Source of the DNA: Chrysomallon squamiferum
Lineage: Eukaryota > Animalia > Mollusca
Length of the DNA stretch: 64,000 nucleotides
Assembly: GCA_012295275.1 (NCBI GenBank)
Contig: CM022667.1
Coordinates: 10,974,001-11,038,000, forward strand
Direction: 5' to 3'
The position numbers and the translations under genes are program-made. Shown one piece after another: positions 30,091 to 43,998 of this stretch. Numbering within the stretch: position 1 is the stretch's first letter; each line of letters begins with the position of its first letter. The notes under the pieces were generated by a model. That model did no database searches. It was not told where the DNA came from and saw only the letters and a program-made list of their open reading frames with translations.

Positions 30091-30457
30091 CTTGTTCCTT
30101 CCCATTGGGGGAAGCCCATCTGTCGTTGCTATTTTAAGTGAGTGTCAATAGCGTAAATATGTCTGCCCTGAAGTTGTCTCCCTTAGGTCGTTGTTGTTAA
30201 CACTTCTTGGTGAAATGAAACGGGAAGTAGTCTCGATTTATTCGGACGTTTTGTTATCGGCGATATTCGGCTGAAACGAATGGAAAGCTGGAAATTGAAA
30301 ATAACTTCCCCAATTTGTTTGGATTCTTTTTATAATGCTTATTTAATTATTCTGAAATCCCGATAATAAAATATTATTAGCTTCAGTTTCGGTGAGCTAG
30401 ATTTTAAATGTTTTTATTTGTATTTATTTATTTTATATATATAGCAATTACTGCTGG

Positions 30458-30522
<65 letters not shown>

Positions 30523-31394
30523 TAATTATAATGATGATAATGATGGTGATAATAATAGTAATAACAGAAATGAATAAGTAATAATGGAGTAATACAAAAA
30601 ATAACAACAAAATAGAACAACAACAATATAATAAAAAAAAAAAAAAAACACAAATATAACTAAATATTTTTGTTGTTGTAATTGCTGTTGTCATTGCATT
30701 GTTATTGTTACTGTTATTACAATTATTATTATTATTGTATTTTCAATATTGTTATTAGTATCAGCATCATTATTATCATCATCATCACCACCATTATCAT
30801 TATCCCTCTTCTCACTGCTACAGCACTATCAACACAATCACTATTTATTCTTGTTTATTTCTGAATCTTCGTCCTTTTGTTTACTTTTCTTTCTTTTTTT
30901 CACTCTTCTCCCGACGTTTTCAAAACAATCCTCTCTCCTCCCCCCCCCTCCCTCCTCCCTCCCTTAATCCTCTCTCTAGGTAAATGAGTTGAAACAAAAG
31001 AACCCGACTGACTGGTCAATATTTGTTTATTGTTTCAGGTTCTGGCCTCCTGTATTTAAATATACCAAACTCGAGAACGTGCCCGCATGTTGTTTCAGCA
31101 ATTAAAGATATGCACTGGACAAGGTCAAATCTCAAAAGGAACATGGAAGGCGATGGAGGGCTGAATTTGTAGGTATGGTGCTAATTGTTGTTGACGATGG
31201 GAGATTCGTTTTTTTATAGCGCATCTTGCATTGTGAACGTTTCGTGTGAAGTGGCCGCCCAGAGAAAAGGTATTTTTGTTGCATAAATGAGTCTATTGTT
31301 CGCCGAAAAGGGTTAACATTATTTCAAGGGAGAGATGGGGAATGAAAAAAAAAAAAAATAAAAAAATGAAAAAATAAAAAATAGTGATGATGGA

Positions 31395-31454
<60 letters not shown>

Positions 31455-31537
31455 AATAGAGAGAGCGAGAAAAATGTGGATAAAAAGTATTTGAAAGAGA
31501 CAGAGATGTAATGAAAAATATTAAATAATATTTAGAG

Positions 31538-31608
<71 letters not shown>

Positions 31609-33084
31609 GAGAAAGACAGAGAATTTGAAACATTTTACAATGAAAAAGCAATGCAACAAAATTATCTACATAGACTGAATTACCAGAATTATTTACTTTT
31701 CTTCATTCTTTCTTTGTTTTTTTTTTTTTTTTTTTTACTTTTCTAAAAAAAGAAATGATATAAGGATTCTAACAAAATTTTAGCGTTTACTGACTGTTAT
31801 AAGATATTTAAATATTTGTAAATCTTTTCAAAAAAATTATTGTTATTATTATTGATGTTGTTATCGCCCTTTTTTAATTTTTTTTTTTTTTACTGTGGCT
31901 GAAGCTGCTGCTTATTCATTTATTCTTATTATTATTATTATTATTATTATTAATCTAAATACTGGGGAAAAATAAATTAAATTAAATTAAAAAAGAGAGA
32001 GAAAGAAACGAAAAGCAAAGAAGAAAAATAATTATTAGGATTATCTCACTTCAAAATCTGGAAAAACCAATATTCGACCTCAAGCCATTACAGTTTTACA
32101 AACGCTGTGCTTGTCCAGTGATATCTTGTCATTCCACGAAACAGCTTCGGGTCAGCGACGAGATTTTCCGAATGAGCTCGTTAATATCCGGATGTTTCCG
32201 TAAAATGAATGCAATTCTTTTTGCGAAGAAGGGGAAATCGAGAACGAAAAATTAATGTAGCTTTTACAGTGTGCATACGTAATTTAACGAGGGGCCGTTC
32301 TTATTTATTTATTTATTTATTTATTTTATATTATATTATATTATATTTATATTTTATTATATTATATTGTGTTCTTTTATATAGTTTCATTTCATTTCAC
32401 ATCATGTCATATATTTATTTATAGGCCCCTAATCAATCCCATCTATTTAGAAAATCAGTGTATACAATAACGTTACCTTTCCTTGTGACCTTTGGACCGC
32501 CAGTGAACATTGTACTTCAGTACGTACTAGCCTAACAAAACAACTAATACGTTATTTGATTCTTTTATGATTAGGATTTCATTTGGAATGCTTTAGAGGA
32601 ATGGCTGTTATTTGTCGACTATAACAGACCAGAAAACTTTCCTTTCCTGATTTCTAAAGCGAATAATAATGTCACGTTTGACACGGTGGTCACTAGAAAT
32701 GTATAAAATGTCGAGAATACAATTAATAGTACAGAAAGCGTGGGTGTTAAATACCATGGAAACAGCTAGATAGTTTGTATTAACAACAGCAGAATGAATA
32801 GGAAGACTGTCTAGTGACTGAACGAGGTTCGAGTAGTAACATTGTTCTTCTTCGTCTTTTCTTTTTCGATTTTTCTGTTATTATCATTGTTGTTGTTCGT
32901 ATTGTTGTAGTTCTTGTTGTTGTTGTTAGAATAGTGAATTGTCTGAATACTGCGCATCAAATCCAATCGTCTGCTGTTTGATCCTTGTGTTGATTAACAA
33001 TCCTAGCAGACGACACAAGCAAAATGACAATGCTATTTTTAGAAGTGCTGCATTTTTATTGCGTACATTTTCAGTTGCGGTACC

Positions 33085-33780
33085 GGTTTGTTCCCGAATC
33101 TGGCAGTGAGATTATAACACATCTTAATTGGACACGCCAGTTGTTCCATTTCTGGCATTTTATTTCTCACCCTTACTAATTGGTCTTCCGTCACCTTAAC
33201 TGATGGCCCATCACCTTAATTGATGTACTTTTGTTAAACTGTATTTTGTCCACAATTTGTAGGACAATCAGTCACACTCTACAACAACTTCTTCCTCTCC
33301 TCTTCATATATCTTTGGGATACTGGTCAGCTCCTCCCGTGCTCGCTTCCGCATGGTGTTGGTCGTCAGTAGGTGGACAGCAACTTCGCTCTCATCCGAGG
33401 AATGGATGTGGTATTTACCTCTCCTGACCACAGTCCCATCCTGACCACAGTCCCAACCGGTGTAGTAGTCACATATATCCATCAAAAGGTCCGCACCTGG
33501 TTTTCTGCTGTACAAAATTTCTCCCTTCACATGTCTAAATTGGTAGTATTTCCTGCCTCCAAATGTTACTGAGATACAACATTAATTTCATGTCTCCAAA
33601 CCTTAATATTCACCTCTGCTCTTCACTGCTCATTAAAGTTAATCTCGTTAATCGCCCCCTCTGTTCTTCACGCCTCTAAATTGGCCTTAATTGCTCACGC
33701 CAGTTTACCCTTTTCTGGAAGCGGATTATAACACCTCACCGATTACATACTCTGGAGACTGCCAGTTTTGGGAACATACC
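33085..33780 (-). mobile_element. 696-bp non-autonomous TIR DNA transposon with Mutator/MULE-like coding remnant
   Basis: 23-bp TIRs (ggtttgttcccgaatctggcagt versus reverse complement ggtatgttcccaaaactggcagt, 20/23); exact 8-bp TSD GCGGTACC at 33077-33084 and 33781-33788. Internal - strand ORF 33530-33279 (HIHSSDESEV...MRKRAREELTSIPKIYEEE) resembles the segment after the FLYWCH/WRKY finger of MULE transposases. Confidence 0.8.
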
Positions 33781-33851
33781 GCGGTACCATGTAAGTAAAT
33801 AGAAAAAAAATCACAGAAATATTAATATACAAGAAAACTGTGTAGATATCA

Positions 33852-33893
<42 letters not shown>

Positions 33894-33921
33894 TAATAAT
33901 AATAAAAAAATAAATAAATGT

Positions 33922-33955
<34 letters not shown>

Positions 33956-34704
33956 AATAATAATAATAATAATAATAATAGTGAATAAATAAATACCTAA
34001 ATAAAAGTTAATGCGTTGCACGCCACACCTGAATATTTAACGTCCATTTGTTTTGTATAAGATGCGGCGAATTTTCTAAAGATGGATGACAACCACTTTT
34101 TTTTTTGTTTTTTTGTACGAATTGATGCCGTAGAAATAATTTACGTGACCAGATGTTGTCTGTAACGTAACGAAAATAGGTGGCGACACGGTAATATGTG
34201 GAAAGTTAATATCGTATTTCACGATAAACTGACGTGACGAAATGACGTACGTAAAGAAAATGGCGTACACGTGACTACGATAAACGTGACGAGGTAATGT
34301 GTTTAAATGAAGATGCGATAAACGTGATAAAATGGTGTAATAGAAAAAAAAAAAAATTAAAAAACAAAAAAAAAAAAAAAAAAGGAAAAAAAAGAAAAAA
34401 AACCAAACTATTATTAGTTTTTTTTTAATTAAAGAATAAGTGAACCAATAACTAATTATTTGTTTCATGGCAGCACAACCCTTTTTAATTTTCATTATCA
34501 TTAGAGAAATAAACACTTTTATTCTACTACTACTACTACTACTACTACTACTAATAATAATAATAATAAATTTAAATTATGACAGAGAAAACAAGCCCTT
34601 TTTTCCCCCCAATTTATTGTAAAAAAATAAAAAAAATAAAAAAAAATAAAAATAAAAAAAATAAAAAATAAGAAAAAAAAATAACGTGTACAAAAAATAT
34701 CTCC

Positions 34705-34797
34705 GTGGCTTATAATGTTTGATCCAGCGATCTATTGCACGTCAGTCGAATGTTTTAACCATTGGACCAGATCACACTCTTTTCAAAAGTTGAGCCG
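34705..34797 (-). mobile_element. possible degenerate tRNA-derived SINE head
   Basis: The - strand has A-box-like TGGTCCAATGG and B-box-like GGATCAAAC at tRNA-like spacing. No clean cloverleaf. Confidence 0.35.
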
Positions 34798-35750
34798 CTA
34801 ATATAGAATATTTTAGGATTAATAGAAATTACCGGCACTGAATTATCTTTTAATCTTTGTACACGTTTATGGAAATTTGTTAATCAGATGTTTATTTTTG
34901 GAGTTATTTTTGATTAGGGGGTAATAAATAAATAAATAAATAAAAATAAATAAAAAATAAAAATAAAAATAAAAATAAATATAAAAGGATTATATAAACT
35001 TAGGAATGACTCGATAGTATTCAAAACTGCTAAAACGTGAACAATGGAAATTAAATAAAGAAATGGAGAGATCACTAAAATAAATAAACGAACATTTAAC
35101 AATGCCCTTTTATAAGACAAAGCACAATACAGTGCTGAGTTTTAAATATCTGACATTTAAGACTTTAACAAAAAAATAATTGTTAGTTAATTTAAAATTT
35201 ATGTTAGTGAACATGGATTATGAATAAATTATATCTACAACGTTTAAATAATTACATCTTCTTGATAAAATTATATCCACGACTAATTCGTGTTTGAGAT
35301 GGAAAAAAAAATGAAAATAAAATGAAGGAAAGAAAGAAAGAAAGAAAGAGTTGAAATAAAGAATGAAAGAAAAGTGGAAGGAAAATTAAAAAGAACGAAA
35401 GAAAGTATAAAATGAAAGAAAAATTAAGAAAAAAGGAAAAAAGAAAGGAAACGTATAGTGAAATATATTTTAAAAAGTTGAAAAAGGAAGTAAAACACAA
35501 AATAAATAAATAAATCACATAAAGAAAGAAAGAAAAGGACAGAAAAAAAAAGAAGAAAAAATTCAGGTACTGATCCTTTTGTTCTGTTGTAAGATAAATG
35601 TTTAATTGTCTATCGTTTCGTTTAAAATTTAAAATATTAATTTTCCTTTGAAATTAGGTGGGTGGAAAATGGATTGAGGAGGTATTGTGTTGTGTTGAAG
35701 GGAGAATTCCGAAATAAAAAACGAATATAAAAAAATAATATTATAAAAAA

Positions 35751-35798
<48 letters not shown>

Positions 35799-36084
35799 AA
35801 ATAAAATAAAATAAAAATGATAAAAGATAGAAGAAAGAAATAAAGAATGAAAAAAAGAAGGACAATTATTTAAATTTCTCATTAAAAAATGTTAGCCCCC
35901 AGTTTATAACCAAGTTTCGCGACAGTGCAATTAAAACGTAGCCATAAGCAACGAAGCACATTTAAAATTTTATAAAACGTGAAGACAGTGAATATGAGTC
36001 AGTAAGTACAAATGTCCTTACAAAGTCACGTGATTTATCTCGGAATAGATCAGTGAGTAAAACATCAGTTAACTAGAACTCTTT

Positions 36085-36227
<143 letters not shown>

Positions 36228-36546
36228 TAACCAAAGAAGAGAAAAACAATCACACAAATAGAGATATATAGATACATATCAGCTGACAATCAGACAAACA
36301 GACTTAAAGAGAAACAGACAGACAAACAGGGAGACAAACAATATGCAGTCAGAGAAAGAGATAGAGAGGTAGAGAGGGTCAGAGAGAGAGACATGCAGAC
36401 AGACAAACAAAGAGACAGTGACGAAAATATACATATACGGAGAAAGAGATATAATTATATTAAGAGAAAGAAAAAAAAGCAGTGACTGTTTGAGAGAACG
36501 AGAGAGTCAGAGAAAGAGAGATAAAATAAAGTTAGAGCGAGAGAGA

Positions 36547-36682
<136 letters not shown>

Positions 36683-36946
36683 CACACACACACACACAGA
36701 TGACAGGACTATCAGAGAGGCTGTACAAACTGAAACAGGTAACTTGTGACAGTATCAAACTGCAAAGTTCTTTCGCGTCTCTGGGGCAAAACATGCAGAA
36801 ATAACGATGCCGCTAATTTGTACAAACTTTGATGGCTGCAACTTTCGACGCTGCGAGCAAAAACGGAAACGTACTGTGGCCGAGACAGTCGTATTCTGTA
36901 AATTAAGATGAGTCGCTACATTCGGATGTGCGCGACACTACGCAAC

Positions 36947-36994
36947 CTCCCACCCTCGGAGACTCCCGCCCTCGCAGACTCCCACCCTCGCAGA
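36947..36994. repeat. 3 x 16-bp GC-rich tandem repeat
   Basis: ctcccaccctcggaga / ctcccgccctcgcaga / ctcccaccctcgcaga. Confidence 0.9.
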
Positions 36995-37252
36995 TTAGAG
37001 GGAACATTCCTTTGAGGAGTGTGCTAACATGAAAAAAGAAGAAGAAAAAAAAAATTTCAGATATCAGTAATGCATACTGTCCTATTGGAAAACAAATACA
37101 TTGCGGGTGAATTTATGTGTGTCTGTCTCAGTATAAATCTGTTTAGATATTTATTTGCTATTACTACTACTACAACAGTATTTACTTCTAGTACTATCAC
37201 TACTACGGTACTGTCCTACTACTATTACTATAAATACAACACTATTTACTAT

Positions 37253-37301
<49 letters not shown>

Positions 37302-37829
37302 GTAGTAGCCGTACTTCATGCCGTTGCTGTTGTTGTTGTAACATTAGCAGAAGAAGTGTCATTAGTAGGAAGTATGTATTGTAGTAACAGTAGTAATAGT
37401 ACTAGCTGTAGCTTAGACAAGCTAGGATTTTACTTAGGCGACTGCTCAACATTCGGTGAGCATTAATTATGATAATTATCTGTAACTGAAGACTAATCTA
37501 TGTTACGCTAACTTCGCACATTGTATTTTCTGAACGACTGGTTTTCCGTAGCAGCCAGTTCATTTCGACTATTTCAACTTGACTGTGCAACTGTTTCTTT
37601 CTTTCTTTCTTTGACAAAATCGGATGCTATTTTGTCTAATAAATACGTATGTATACGTCCGGAACTAAGAAATGGGTTTTCTGCAGCCAAAAATACAACT
37701 CTGCCATTGATTTACGCAAATGGGAACGGCCGTGGAGGTCGCTGGATCAGGTGTTAAGAATCATTAACAGGTATCTTTTATGATTCTTTATCTTATTTCC
37801 ACCTGCGAACAGAAAGCGTCTGAATTGTG

Positions 37830-37866
<37 letters not shown>

Positions 37867-38906
37867 TTTAATAGAAAATTGAAAACATTTACTTTTATTA
37901 TTATCCCAAAACATCATAAATTCTATTTGTAGATTTTAAAGAGTTGGGGATCCAGTTTTTTTAAAAGGAAGAAGAAGAAGCTGAAGAAAAAAAAGAAAAA
38001 AAACCCCAAAAAACCTAACGATAGAGGTGTTTCCCCAACATGATCATGAGAAATCGTTGTCTGAAAAAAAAAAAAAAATAAAATAAAATAAAATAAAATA
38101 ATAAAAGATGAAAAGAAAAGCAAATCAAGCTGAGATATTTTATAAATTATTGTTAATGGACAACGCTGGCCGGAGAGTCTAAATTTTCGATTTGAAAAGG
38201 TGAATGTAATTTTAAACTGTCTTGTGCGTGGGAGAGCGAGACGACTGAGATTAGATGTTTGTTTAAAGTAATCCACAGCTGCTAGACAGCGGGATCCACT
38301 CTCAAACGATATCTCTTGAGTTAATTATACACACATTCACTCGTACATACATACATACATACACACATACACACATACACACATACACACATACACACAT
38401 ACATACATACATTCACTCGTACGTACATACATACATATATACATACATACATATGTACATACGTACATACATGCGCGCACACATACACCTTATACAAACC
38501 AACATACATACAGATACATAGGTATGTACATTAATGAATTGTACATCATACACCTTCGATCCTACATATTATTAATATATATAATTAATATAATATATAT
38601 ATTATATATATACAGTAGTAGTAACAGTAGTAGTAAAAGAAGTTGTAGTATGGTAGTAGTAATAGCAGCAGTAAATATAGTAGTAGTGGTAGTGATAGTA
38701 ATAATAGTGAAAGTAGTAGTAGCAATAAAATAGTTGTTGTAGTAGTGTTTGTAGTAATAGTAATGGTAGCAGTAATAGTAGTTCGATTTCTGTTGTGGTA
38801 GTAGCAGTAATACTTGTACTAGTAGTAGTAAGAGTAGTAGTCAGTATTGTTGTATTTATAGTAACGACATCAAGTACTACTACTACTGCAACTACTACTA
38901 CTACTG

Positions 38907-38942
<36 letters not shown>

Positions 38943-39682
38943 TAGTATCGTTATTATTATTATTATTCTTACTATTGCTACTACTATTAGTACCGTTAGT
39001 CTGTTGTTACCACTACTACTACAACTACTACAACAACTACCACTACTACAACACTTACTACTATTACTACTACTACTACTATTACTACTACTACTAATAA
39101 ATGCAACCGAGGTTACAAAGTACAGTATAAAACAATAGATTACTGTTCAGGTTTACACATTAAAAGGTTATTTTGAGGTGCTGGAGTTTTCTGAAAGTTT
39201 AGCACGACTAAATAAAATTGTCTTTGTTTCCCTCGACACCACCTGAAACACAGATAATAATTTTGTCTGCGTCTCGAAAATAAGCTGTGACAAATTAAAA
39301 CATTTTGTAACAAAGATGTTAAGAACATTATTCTTGTCTAGCCTTTTTTTTTCTCTCTTTACATTTCTCCCTTATTTCTTCTTTCTTCATTTCTTTCTGT
39401 CTGTCTGTCTGTCTTTTGTTCTTCTTCTTCTCTTTTCCTTCTTTCTTCTTCTTTTTATTTTTTCTCTTTTTTTATTTTTCACTTCTGTTTAGGTCTTGTT
39501 TATTTTTTTCATCTTCTTCGTGTTTTTCTTCTTCTTTTTAAATGTTTCCTTTTTTCTTCTTTTTATTACTTTTTCTTCTCTTTTTCTGACTTTTTTCTCT
39601 TTTTTATTTCATTTCATTCCATTCATTTTTTTAAAATTTCATATTCTAGTTAATTATTAATGAATATCTTTCTATCTGTCTG

Positions 39683-39748
<66 letters not shown>

Positions 39749-40568
39749 AGTCTATCTATATATATATTATAGATAGATATAGCTATAGATATAGATAGAG
39801 AAATAGATAGACAATTTTATTACGCATTTGAAACTCCTAAGCACAGTACATATTTAATTATTAGGTTTTTTTTTTAAAATACGATCCACTGCTTAATTCA
39901 TCAGGTTATTATTATTATTATTATTATTATTGTTATTATATCGCTGTAAATATTAAATAAAAATATATAGAAATGAACCATCCCTAACTCCCCCATTGAA
40001 ACATGACGTCATGAAGCACAAACAAATAACGTCATAAGATTCTTTTTCTGGTCTATCCCCAAGAGAGTAGTCTTTGAAACCTAAATGGTAAACTTTTATT
40101 TATTTTCTGACAAAAAAAAGTATTTAGTAAGAGGATGGGCTGTCAGTTTAGCTGCCTAATGAATTCATTATATTGATCATAAAATCTTGTACGGAATAAT
40201 AATATATATATATTTTTAAAATAATGCATTTTGAAAATGAGAAAAGGTTAAATAAAATTCACATAAAATTAACACAGAATTTGTGAAAGTTTTAAAATTT
40301 AAATTCATGTAGGCCACAAACAGTTTAAATAGTTTAAACAGAAATGTCGTTAACATCTAGATTAATGTAAATCATATAGAATTAAAACAAAATTTTAATA
40401 ATAATTTCAGGGGCTAATATCAGGCTGTCTTTATTAGGACGGTAAATCTTAATTAGAAAGGCAAACTGGAGGCGAGCAAAGTATGATGATAAAAATTATA
40501 ATGTCATGTCGACCATTACTGATATATTACAAATAAGCAGATGTTTCATAATATTTTAAGAAAAAAGG

Positions 40569-40602
<34 letters not shown>

Positions 40603-40702
40603 GAAGAAGAAGGGAATAAATGATTATAATTTGTTTTCTGGTTTTTGTTTTTTAAATTGTTGATTGATATCGTTAACTTCTATAATCATTTCTCGCTTTT
40701 TC

Positions 40703-40787
<85 letters not shown>

Positions 40788-41219
40788 CTATATGTATTTT
40801 TACTAAAAAATGAAAATACATACATACATACATATGTGTGTGTATGTCTATATGCATGTATGTATGTATGTATTTATGTGTATATATACACACACACACA
40901 CACACGCACAACTTGTACCAGAAGATTTTGCAATGCAAAGTGCCAAGCCTAATCATGCATATTACCTGAATATATTTATTTTTACGTTCATCCATAAGCA
41001 CGTACATATTTCTGTACACATATATCCACTATTATTAGGCTGTTACCATTATTACGCATCTGAAAAAAATGGAATACAAACGATCTTTACTTTTATCAAA
41101 AATGTCCTTATTAACTCTCTCTGATTTTTTTATCTGGATTCACCGCTTTTTTTTTTTTTTTTTTTTTTTCTTCATATTGGAAAAAAAAAAACAACTATGA
41201 AGTCTAAAAAAACACAAGA

Positions 41220-41490
41220 CCCAATCATGGCTCTCAGAATACGCGCGTTGGGAACCAGGAAGAATTTTTCTCATTGGCTGTCTGACCGTGAATATCAAAT
41301 GGGCGCGCTTAAATTAAACAAAGACAGGCATGTGTACGTGTGTATGTGTTGTCTGACGGTTGATCGTTTAGCGAGCTTTATTAAAGAATCACAGATTTAT
41401 AGACGCCCCCGCTGTCACTGGGAGACACAGGCACGCGCAATACGGTTATTTCGCTTCATCCCCCTTGGGACCGCGTACATATAACAAATG
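41220..41490 (+). promoter_or_regulatory. candidate promoter of the CAP/CRISP-like gene
   Basis: CpG-enriched patch with CCAAT (41221), ATTGG (about 41274), GC-box-like CGCCCCC (about 41404) and TATA-like CATATAAC (about 41478), about 100 nt before ATG 41583. Confidence 0.45.
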
Positions 41491-41582
41491 GTTTGGGCAT
41501 CACCACGGCAGTTTTTTCAATGTAGTTGTTGTCTAGAGTTTGTGTTAGAAAAGCAGTCAGGTTTTATTTAGGTTGTTTGAAG

Positions 41583-41628
41583 ATGTTAGCGTGGACCCTC
41601 GTTCTTGCTTCTATTCAGCTGTTTCAAG
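41583..41628 (+). CDS. CAP-EGF-ShKT (CRISP-like) secreted protein exon 1 (signal peptide)
   Basis: MLAWTLVLASIQLFQ G|gtaagg, phase 1. With exon 2 it forms the signal peptide MLAWTLVLASIQLFQVCFVSISG. Confidence 0.78.
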
Positions 41629-42017
41629 GTAAGGAGAGGATTGGGGAAAGCGATTGTGGAAGTTTTTTTTTGTTACGCGGGGTGAAGATGTTTGTTTTCG
41701 TTTTTACTGGTGGAAAAGATTATTTCTTTATTACTTTCTTTATTTAGTTAGTTATTTATTTACTTAGTTATGTGTTGCTGTTATTCTTTAGTTTATTCAT
41801 TATTATTTTTATTTGGTTGCTTATTGACTTAGTTATTTTTTTTGTTCGTTCGTTCTTTCGTTTATTTATTTATTTATTTATTTACTTATTTTCTTTATTG
41901 TTGTTTGTTTAGATGCTTCATTTCGTCTTTTTCACTTTTAGTCTGTCTGCTGTTCTGAAAACTGTAAATTGTTTCTAAAGATTCATTTCTCTCCAACAAT
42001 ATGGCTGACTCTCTTAT

Positions 42018-42128
<111 letters not shown>

Positions 42129-42545
42129 TCAGTTCGGCCGTCATTCCGAATTTCTGTCTCATATCTCTGTCAACATCTCATTCCATCTCCTTATCTGTCT
42201 CTCTATCTGTACTGCATCTTTCTGTTTCTCTGTTTCTTTTTGTTTATCTGAGTTTTGTGTCTCCCTCTCTTAAATTTTCTATCTCACAAACATTCAGAAA
42301 TACTTCCAAATAATTTCTGTGCTTGATGTTCATTCTTTCTTCCTTTGTCTGTTCCATCCTTCCTTCCTTCCTTTCTTTCTTGCTTGCTTTCTTTCTTTCT
42401 TTCGTTATTTCTTTCTATATTCTTCTTCAGTCTAGTTAACTCTTCTGCTTCCATGTTTGTTTAACTAAAAAGGATATTATTCTAAACACTTTTGTCTTTT
42501 ATCTTCAAGTATGAATATATTTTAAATAATTAAATATTACCTTAA

Positions 42546-42586
<41 letters not shown>

Positions 42587-43879
42587 GATCTTTAGAAACA
42601 AAAGAGAGAGAAAAAAAAAACTGAAAAGAAAATAACTTCAAAAGAAAACAGTTCTTAAATTATAAAATCTTTCAATTCTTGTTCTATTCCTGACTTGAAA
42701 TATGAATTTTTAAAGTATTTCTGAAAAGCAAAAACAAAAAACAAAACAAAACAAAAGAAAGACCTTAAGTAACTATGGAAGACGCATCTAAGTTTATTCA
42801 TAAAGATCTGTGACCTTTCGCGAAAAACAATGCAGTCTATAAACAGATTATCGATTAAAAGAACAAAACTTGGATTTTTACCTCGCATTTGATTAAAAAT
42901 AATCAATATCTATTTAAAAAGAAATCAAATAGACATAATAATTATTATTCATTCTATTAATATGACATTTGTAATATTTTACGGGGAACGTCCAATAATT
43001 TTATTTCTGCTACATAATGGCCAAGCTCTCGATATGACAAATGAAGGACTGATCCTCAAAAATGGCTTCTTTGACGTTATCGCATAGAATGTTTCATAGA
43101 AAGGTTTCATGGTATACACTGTCCTATTTAGGCGATGTATATTCATAGATCTTTTATTAAATTCAAATTATACTGTTATCGTCAGCATTAGTATTATATC
43201 TACTAAAGTACTACTTATATTTAAATCAGTACTATGAAGATGATGGTCAGTACTAGTATTACTACTACTGCTACTACCACGACGGCTACTATTACTGCCT
43301 GCTTCTGCTACTTCTGCTTCTATTACTACTACTACTACCTCTACCATAATACTACTGCTGCTACTGATACTGCTACAATTATTATTACAGCTATTACTGC
43401 AACTCCTACAACTATTACTATAGCTACTACGACAGTTACCGTTACTAGTACCACTATTACAATACCTATTTCTACTTCTTTAAATGGTACTACTTAACAG
43501 TAGTAGCTAGATCAGTGACAGTAATAGTAGTAGTGATTCTAGTGACAGTAGTAGTAGTGGTAAAAGCAATAGCAGTATTTGCAGTATTGATGGCTTTCTT
43601 CTCAATCATCTGTCTATGTCTCGATCACAGAATTTGACTCTGACTTTCTTTTTCCCTTTGTCTCCTTCCTTCCCTCTCTCTTCCCCTCCCTCCCTCTGTC
43701 TGTGAGTGTGTGTTTGTGCGTGTGTGCGTGTCTGCTATATTTTGGACATTTACTTTTGATTATTTATCCGTACTTCTCTGCGTATTTTGTGAAAAAATAT
43801 CGTTTGAAAGTTTCCATAAACATTATTTTCTTATTTTTGTGAGATATTTGCGACTGTTGCTCTGTGTTTTGTGTTTCAG

Positions 43880-43998
43880 TATGTTTTGTGTCAATCAGTG
43901 GTCTCCGTCCCAGTCAGATCGAGGAAATAGTTTCTCAACACAACACGTACAGACGAATGATTGCTCAGAGGTACAACGTGTCAAACATGAACAAGTTG
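43880..43998 (+). CDS. CAP-EGF-ShKT protein exon 2 (CAP N-terminal HNxYR motif)
   Basis: tttcag| VCFVSISGLRPSQIEEIVSQHNTYRRMIAQRYNVSNMNKL|gtaagt, with the classic CAP I..HN.YR...SNM..L pattern. Confidence 0.9.

Noticed and set aside
31039-31172. Exon-like segment (tttcag ... tag|gtatgg)
   Set aside because: Stops occur in all three frames and I see no homology; at most non-coding or regulatory.
34705-34797. Functional tRNA gene
   Set aside because: The A- and B-box-like motifs are degenerate and the stems do not pair; kept only as a possible SINE head.
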